Of a DNA stretch of 64,000 bases, positions 58,443-64,000 are shown in pieces. Below the pieces are notes generated by a model. That model did not search any database. It saw only the letters and a list, made by a program, of their open reading frames with translations, and was not told where the DNA came from. The stretch's first letter is position 1, and each line of letters opens with the position of its first letter. The translations under genes and the position numbers were made by a program. The stretch is from Baekduia sp. (GTDB lineage: Bacteria; Actinomycetota; Thermoleophilia; Solirubrobacterales; Solirubrobacteraceae), in NCBI RefSeq assembly GCF_035996765.1, contig NZ_DASYJG010000061.1, positions 12,948 through 76,947 of the forward strand, read 5' to 3'.

Positions 58443-58475
58443 ACGTTGAGATGCAACGTCTAGGTGCGAGCGACT
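58433..58475. repeat. Right palindrome of the AbiEi/DUF559 unit
   Basis: TCGCACCTAGACGTTG-AGATG-CAACGTCTAGGTGCGA-GCGACT; supplies the TAG stop. Confidence 0.92.
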
Positions 58476-58519
58476 AAATCGACCCGCTGATCGCCCGCCT
58501 CCGAGACAGGCATGGTGGA

Positions 58520-58849
58520 ATGTCATCCGTGCCCACCACCGCCCCCGCCCCGCCCGATCTGCGCCGCCAACTGAACATCACCCTTGCCGTCGGCCTCGCC
58601 GACGGTCTGCTGCTGGTGGTGCTCGTCTACTTCGCCTTCATCAACCGCAGCGACACCGCGGTCCACATCCTCGGCCCGATCCACGGCCTCGGCTTCCTTG
58701 CGCTGCTGCTGCTCACCGGCAACGGTGCGCTCCAGAAGCTGTGGGGCTGGTGGTTTCCCGCGTTGGTGATCGTCACCGGTGGCCCGATCGGCTCGATCAT
58801 CGGCGACCTCGTCCTGCGGCGCGGGCTCGGCGAGGCAGAGCGCACCTGA
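58520..58849 (+). CDS. Small membrane protein (DUF3817-like)
   Basis: LGPIHG.GF motif; three TM helices. Confidence 0.7.
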   Translation: MSSVPTTAPAPPDLRRQLNITLAVGLADGLLLVVLVYFAFINRSDTAVHILGPIHGLGFLALLLLTGNGALQKLWGWWFPALVIVTGGPIGSIIGDLVLRRGLGEAERT

Positions 58850-59664
58850 TGGCCATCGACGCCTGGATCCAGCATCCGACGCCGCGCTTCATCGAGCAGG
58901 ACATGTTCGCGTCCCTGCGTCGCTGGACCGGCGAGGAGCCGCCCACCGAACAGCTTCCCCTGACCGCCACGCTCGCGGCGATGGACGCTGGCGGGATCAC
59001 TGAGGCGATGCTGTCGGCCTGGTATGGCCCCGAGGGCGAGCTGATCTCCAACGAGGAGGTCGCCGGCTGGGTCGCCGAAGCGCCCGGCCGCCTCCACGGC
59101 CTCGCGTCCGTGAACCTGCGCAACCCGATGGAGGGCGTGCGCGCGCTGCGCCATTGCGTCACCGACCTGGGGTTCAAGGGCCTGCGGATGCTGCCCTGGC
59201 TTTGGGAGACGCCGCCGACCGATCGGCGCTTCTATCCGCTCTATGCCACGTGCGTCGAGCTGGGCGTGCCGTTCTGCACGCAGGTCGGCCACACCGGGCC
59301 GCTGCGCCCGTCGGAGACCGGGCGGCCGATCCCCTACATCGACCAGGTCGCGATCGACTTCCCCGAGCTGACGATCGTCTGCGGCCACCTCGGCTACCCG
59401 TGGACCGAGGAGATGATCGCCGTCGCGCGCAAGCACGAGAACGTCGTCATCGACACCTCCGCCTACACGACCAAGCGGCTGCCGCCCGAGATCATCACCT
59501 ACATGAAGTCGGGCAGCGGGCGCCATAAGGTGCTGTTCGGCTCCAACTTCCCCATGATCTTCCCCGAGCACGCGCTCGCCGGCCTGGATGAGCTCGGCCT
59601 CGACGACGAGATGCGCGACCTCTACCTGGAGGGCAACGCGCGGCGGGTCTTCGGGCTGCTGTGA
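58849..59664 (+). CDS. Amidohydrolase family protein
   Basis: YPLY..C.ELGVP, DFPEL.IV.GH.GYPW, IDTSAY, LFGSN.P. Confidence 0.9.
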   Translation: MAIDAWIQHPTPRFIEQDMFASLRRWTGEEPPTEQLPLTATLAAMDAGGITEAMLSAWYGPEGELISNEEVAGWVAEAPGRLHGLASVNLRNPMEGVRALRHCVTDLGFKGLRMLPWLWETPPTDRRFYPLYATCVELGVPFCTQVGHTGPLRPSETGRPIPYIDQVAIDFPELTIVCGHLGYPWTEEMIAVARKHENVVIDTSAYTTKRLPPEIITYMKSGSGRHKVLFGSNFPMIFPEHALAGLDELGLDDEMRDLYLEGNARRVFGLL

Positions 59665-59671
59665 TCCAGCG

Positions 59672-61216
59672 ATGAGCGAAGAGCCCGACGCCGTCGCCGA
59701 CTTCCGCGCCCGGCGCGACCGGATCCGCGACGAGCTGGGCGGTGCGGCGCGCGTCGAGCGCCTGCACGCGCGCGGCGAGCGAACGATCCGCGAGCACATC
59801 GCCGCGCTGCTGGACGACGGCTCGTTCGACGAGGTCGGCACCTTCGTGCGCTCGCTGCGCCCTGAAGACCACGACGAGACGCCGGGCGACGGCAAGATCG
59901 GCGGGCACGGCACGATCGACGGGCGCCCCGTCACGGTCGCCGGCGACGACATCACCGTCAAGCGCGGCTCCTCGTCGCCAATGGGCTCGCGCCGCCTCGG
60001 CCGCCTCTTCGCGCACGCCGAGCGCAGCGGCCATCCGATCGTCTACTTCGGCGCCACGGGCGGCGCACGCATCCCGGACTCGCTCGGCTCGGCCGGCTTC
60101 GCCCAGGTCGCCGTCGACGTCGAGCTCTTCCGCCGCGCCCGGCGCATCCCGTTCATCACCGTGATCAGCGGCGACTCGTTCGGCGGCTCGTCGTTCGTCA
60201 GCGCCGCGTCGGATCTCGTGATTCAGGTCCGCGGCACCTGCCTGGCGGTCACCTCGCCGCTGGTCGCCAAGATCGCCACCGGCGAGGATCTGACCAACGA
60301 CGAGCTCGGCGGCGTCGACGTCCACGCGCGCAAGACCGGCCAGATCGACCTCATCGCCGAGGACTACGACGAGGCCTACAACTTGATCCGCCGCGCGCTC
60401 GCGCTGCTGCCGGCCAACGCCAAGCAGCGCGCGGCGCGCGCGGGCGACGACCCGGGCGAGGCGCCTCGCCTCCCCATCCCGCCCGACCCCGAGCTGGCCG
60501 AGATCGTTCCCCGCCGCCGCTCGCGCGCCTACGACGTGCACAAGGTCCTGGCGCGCGTGCTCGACCCCGACTCCTTGCTGGAGCTCGGCGCCGGCTTCGG
60601 GCGCGGGCTGGTCTGCGGCCTGGGTCGCCTCGACGGCCACGCCGTCGGCATCGTGGCCAGCCAGCCGAAGTTCTTCGCCGGCGCGCTGGATCCCGCGGCG
60701 TGTGAGAAGGCGGTCAAGCTGCTCTGCCTCTGCGACGCCTTCGACCTGCCCGTCCTCTTCTTCCAGGACGTGCCCGGCTTCTTCGTCGGCAAGCAGGTCG
60801 AGCACGACGGCATGCTCAAGCACGCGATCCGGTTGCAGACCGCGCTCGCGCTCTCCGAGGCGCCGAAGATCACCACCATCTTGCGCAAGGCCTATGGGTT
60901 GGCCTACTTCAGCCTCGGCGGCAACGACAGCGGCGTCGACCTCGTCTACGCCTGGCCGACGGCCGAGATCTCGTTCATGGATCCGCTGGTCGCGGCCAAC
61001 GTGGTGGCCGGCGGCGACGATGCCGCGCGCGACGCGATGGCCGACGCGATGCGCGCCGACATCGACCCCTACGGCGCAGCCGGGCTGATGAAGGTCGACG
61101 AGATCATCGACCCCGCCGACACCCGCGCCACGCTGGCCCGGGCGCTCACGCGCCTCGCCGGGCGCCCCGTCGCCGACGGCGCCCGCCGTCCGCTCGCGAC
61201 GTGGCCGACGTGCTGA
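59672..61216 (+). CDS. Acyl-CoA carboxylase carboxyltransferase subunit
   Basis: RE.I..LLD.GSF.E, GGARI, ELGG..VH, DVPGF.VG, RKAYG, DEIIDP.DTR. Confidence 0.92.
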   Translation: MSEEPDAVADFRARRDRIRDELGGAARVERLHARGERTIREHIAALLDDGSFDEVGTFVRSLRPEDHDETPGDGKIGGHGTIDGRPVTVAGDDITVKRGSSSPMGSRRLGRLFAHAERSGHPIVYFGATGGARIPDSLGSAGFAQVAVDVELFRRARRIPFITVISGDSFGGSSFVSAASDLVIQVRGTCLAVTSPLVAKIATGEDLTNDELGGVDVHARKTGQIDLIAEDYDEAYNLIRRALALLPANAKQRAARAGDDPGEAPRLPIPPDPELAEIVPRRRSRAYDVHKVLARVLDPDSLLELGAGFGRGLVCGLGRLDGHAVGIVASQPKFFAGALDPAACEKAVKLLCLCDAFDLPVLFFQDVPGFFVGKQVEHDGMLKHAIRLQTALALSEAPKITTILRKAYGLAYFSLGGNDSGVDLVYAWPTAEISFMDPLVAANVVAGGDDAARDAMADAMRADIDPYGAAGLMKVDEIIDPADTRATLARALTRLAGRPVADGARRPLATWPTC

Positions 61217-61282
61217 TCGCGGCCCGGCGCGGTACGGTACACCTTCACCAACGCTGCACCCGGCACGAAGGAGTGCACACCG

Positions 61283-61600
61283 ATGGACGAAGTCAAGGAT
61301 GGCGCAGCTGGCGCCGTCGCGGACGAGGACATCAGCACGCTGGTCGCGCGACTCTCGCGCAAGCACCGCTCCGGCGGGCGCGTCATCGAGCGCGCCGCGA
61401 TCATGGCCGAAGGCGGCAACTCGGTGGCGATCCTGGCCTGGCTCGCCGAACACGGCTGGGAGCCGGAGGCCGACGCGCCGGCCACCAGCGACCGTGACGG
61501 CATGGGATTGCACGGCATGCGCCGTGAGGCCGAGCGCGGCCGCGCGCAGGCACAGGCGCCGCGCCGCTACATCTCACCGGCGCCGGCCGGCGACGCCTGA
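61283..61600 (+). CDS. Hypothetical protein
   Basis: AAGGAG RBS; LSR.H.SGG.VIERAAI.AEG. Confidence 0.7.
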   Translation: MDEVKDGAAGAVADEDISTLVARLSRKHRSGGRVIERAAIMAEGGNSVAILAWLAEHGWEPEADAPATSDRDGMGLHGMRREAERGRAQAQAPRRYISPAPAGDA

Positions 61601-61604
61601 GCGC

Positions 61605-61772
61605 GTGCCCAGCCGCACGACCCTGATCATCATCGGCGCGGTGATCGCGATCCCGCTGATCTTCGCGGCGCTGGGCGCGAGCCAGGCCGCCGGGCTGGTC
61701 TTCGGGGTGTTGCTGGTCGTCGTCGGACTGGCCTGGACGTTGGCCGGCTCGCGCGGTGCGGGCGGCGAGTAG
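61605..61772 (+). CDS. Small two-TM membrane protein
   Basis: GTG 4 bp after the previous stop; two hydrophobic segments. Confidence 0.6.
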   Translation: MPSRTTLIIIGAVIAIPLIFAALGASQAAGLVFGVLLVVVGLAWTLAGSRGAGGE

Positions 61773-61788
61773 CGCCGCGCGGCTGGGG

Positions 61789-62694
61789 CTACGGAACGAT
61801 GACGTTCGCCGGGTCCGGCCGCAGCTCCGGCGGCGCCTGGCTGTAGTCGCCGAACGGACCGTCGCGGCGGGCGACGACGGCGGAGACGCCCTCGGCCTTC
61901 GCGGTCTCGATGAAGTCCAGCGCGTCGGGCGTGTTGCGCATCAGCCCGTCGAGGATCGGGCCGAGCGTCTGGGTCGAGGCCAACCCCATGTTCTCGTAGG
62001 CGTGGTTGACCACCAACTTCATCGCGGCCAGCTGCGAGCTTGGGATGGTGGCGAGCTCCGCCGCCAGCGCGGCCACGCGACCTTCGAGCTCGGCGAACGG
62101 CACGGCCTCGTTGATCAGCTCGACGTCGGCCGCCTGGCGACCGTTCAGCGGCCGGCCGGTCAAGGCGTGGAACTTGGTCCGGGCGAGGCCGAGCCGGTAG
62201 ATCCACATGCCCGACAGGTACGCGCCCCACATCCGGCTGTAGGGCGTTCCGATGACCGCGTCCTCGCTGGCGATCACGAGATCCGCGCAGAGGGCGAAGT
62301 CGCTCCCGCCGCCGACGCAGTACCCGTGCACCTGCGCGATGACCGGCTTCGGCGACCGCCAGATGGCCATGAACTTCTGCGTGGGCGCGATCTCCCGCGC
62401 GGTGGCCATCGCGAAGTCCTTGCCAGGATCCCAGCGGCCCTCGGTCATCATCGCCTCGCCCCAGTGCTCGAAGCCGCCGCCAAAGTCATAGCCCGCGCAG
62501 AACGCACGGCCGGCGCCGCGGATGACAATCACCTTGACCTCGGCGTCGCGCACCGCCTGGCCCACCGCCGCCTCGACCTCGTCGGGCATCGGTGGCACGA
62601 TCGTGTTCAACCGCTCAGGCCGGTTGAGCGTGATGGTGGCGACGGCGTCGGAGACGGCGTAGAGGATCGTCTCGAACTCGGGGGCGGCGGACAT
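61789..62694 (-). CDS. Enoyl-CoA hydratase/crotonase family protein
   Basis: ITLNRPERLN, GRAFCAGYD, PKPVIAQVHGYCVGGG. Confidence 0.92.
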   Translation of the reverse strand: MSAAPEFETILYAVSDAVATITLNRPERLNTIVPPMPDEVEAAVGQAVRDAEVKVIVIRGAGRAFCAGYDFGGGFEHWGEAMMTEGRWDPGKDFAMATAREIAPTQKFMAIWRSPKPVIAQVHGYCVGGGSDFALCADLVIASEDAVIGTPYSRMWGAYLSGMWIYRLGLARTKFHALTGRPLNGRQAADVELINEAVPFAELEGRVAALAAELATIPSSQLAAMKLVVNHAYENMGLASTQTLGPILDGLMRNTPDALDFIETAKAEGVSAVVARRDGPFGDYSQAPPELRPDPANVIVP

Positions 62695-62702
62695 GGCGCC
62701 AT

Positions 62703-63104
62703 CTAACCGGGCGCCAGCGTGTCCAGCAACCCGGTGACGCGCCGGGTGATCTCCTCGCGCGTCGCGCGCACCTCGTCCAGCGACTGGCCCTTCGGGTCGG
62801 GCAGGTTCCAGTCGACGTAGCGCTTGCCCGAGATGTACGGGCAGGCGTCCCCGCAGCCCATCGTCACGACGACGTCGGCCTGCTCGGCGAGCTCGCGGGT
62901 CAGCCGCACGGGACGACGGCCCGACAGGTCGATGCCGATCTCTGCCATCACGGCGACGACCTCGTCGTGGACCCGGCCGTCGGGGTCGGCGACGCTGCCG
63001 GCCGAGAGGGCGGTGTGGCGGCCTTGCGCGGCCCGCTCGAACAGCGCGCTGCTCATCTGCGAGCGCCCGGCATTGTGCAGGCAAACGAACAAGACGGTGG
63101 ACAT
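62703..63104 (-). CDS. arsC: Arsenate reductase (LMW-PTP fold)
   Basis: VLFVCLHNAGRSQM, TMGCGDACP, W.LPDP. Confidence 0.9.
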   Translation of the reverse strand: MSTVLFVCLHNAGRSQMSSALFERAAQGRHTALSAGSVADPDGRVHDEVVAVMAEIGIDLSGRRPVRLTRELAEQADVVVTMGCGDACPYISGKRYVDWNLPDPKGQSLDEVRATREEITRRVTGLLDTLAPG

Positions 63105-63808
63105 CAGGCGGGCGCGGCACCGGGCGGTGTCTGCGGCGCGCGGATGAACTGATAGGCGAGCGCTCCGACGGTCGCACCGATGGTGGGCCCGACGAGGTAG
63201 ATCCAGAAGTGCGTCCACGTCCCCGACGCGAGCGCGGGCCCGAAGGAGCGCGCGGGGTTCATGCTCGCGCCCGAAACCCCGCCGCCGACGAGGATGTCGA
63301 GGGTGACGGTGCCGCCGATGGCAATCGCCGCACCGGCGCCGACGGCGCGCGTGTCGGTCGCCACGGCGATGATGATGAACATCAGCAGCGCGGTCAGTAC
63401 CGCCTCGTACAGCAGCGCGGTGGGCGTGCCGACCGCGGCGACGTTGGCCCCGAGGTTGCCGGGCGCGTCGGGCCACGCGGCGAGCAGCACGCCACCGCCC
63501 GCCGCGGCCCCAAGCAGTTGCGCGCCGATGTAGGCGACGGCCTCGCGGCGCGGAAAATGGCGGGTGACGGTGAACGCGATCGTCACCGCCGGGTTGATGT
63601 GCGCGCCGGAAAGGTGGCCGGTGGCGTAGACCAACGCCATGATCGCCAGACCTGAGACCGCCGCCTGCGCCGGGAGACCGAGGATCGCATGGTGCGAGGC
63701 CTGCGCCGCCGCCGCGCCTCCGACGCAGAAGACCAGCGCGCACGCGGCGATCGCCTCGGCCGTCGCCCGGCGAGCGAGGTCCGGCCGGCCAATCGTCAAC
63801 TCAGCCAC
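63104..63808 (-). CDS. MIP/aquaporin-family channel in the ars operon
   Basis: SGAHINPA and GASMNPARS. Confidence 0.9.
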   Translation of the reverse strand: MAELTIGRPDLARRATAEAIAACALVFCVGGAAAAQASHHAILGLPAQAAVSGLAIMALVYATGHLSGAHINPAVTIAFTVTRHFPRREAVAYIGAQLLGAAAGGGVLLAAWPDAPGNLGANVAAVGTPTALLYEAVLTALLMFIIIAVATDTRAVGAGAAIAIGGTVTLDILVGGGVSGASMNPARSFGPALASGTWTHFWIYLVGPTIGATVGALAYQFIRAPQTPPGAAPA

Positions 63809-63999
63809 GCGACGAGCTCGTCGGTGGCGTGGGCGACGAGGTAGTAATAGGCCCACAGCCCACGACGCTCGGTCGCTACCACGCCCGCGTCGACGAGCAC
63901 CTTGAGGTGCTTGGACAGCGCCGGCTGCGACATGTCGAACAACGGCAGCAGCTCGCACTGGCAGACCGCTTCGGGTGCTGCTTTGCGCAGCGTGTCGAC
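63796..63999 (-). CDS. ArsR/SmtB regulator, 5' partial
   Basis: Own translation: AVCQCELLPLFDMSQPALSKHLKVLVDAGVVATERRGLWAYY. Confidence 0.88.
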   Translation of the reverse strand, partial: VDTLRKAAPEAVCQCELLPLFDMSQPALSKHLKVLVDAGVVATERRGLWAYYYLVAHATDELVAWLS

Positions 64000-64000
64000 G

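Noticed and set aside
57531-58849. Complete type IV AbiE toxin-antitoxin pair
   Set aside because: The downstream gene is a small membrane protein, not an AbiEii nucleotidyltransferase.

Overview
High-GC actinobacterial chromosome segment; gene content and protein style suggest Thermoleophilia/Solirubrobacterales (inference). It holds about 60 CDS: a gamma-glutamylation-type amine-utilisation cluster, a second glutamine synthetase, an SOS block (lexA, imuB, small ImuB-C-like gene, dnaE2, three Gram-positive LexA boxes), two giant secreted proteins after tRNA-Leu(GAG), tyrosine catabolism (hppD, hmgA, FAH), System I cytochrome c maturation (ccmE/ccmF), secG and an arsenic operon. RNA elements are rnpB and a c-di-AMP (ydaO/yuaA) riboswitch. 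The most unusual signal is a toxin-less AbiEi-like/DUF559 nuclease gene (57531-58442) whose start and stop codons each lie inside a copy of one palindrome. The outer arms form a perfect 22-bp terminal inverted repeat, and a diverged solo copy plus other palindromes of similar geometry (arms of about 20 bp, 5-nt loop) occur elsewhere in the window. This suggests a REP/RAYT-like nuclease-palindrome system. All calls come from reading motifs by eye; no database searches were run.
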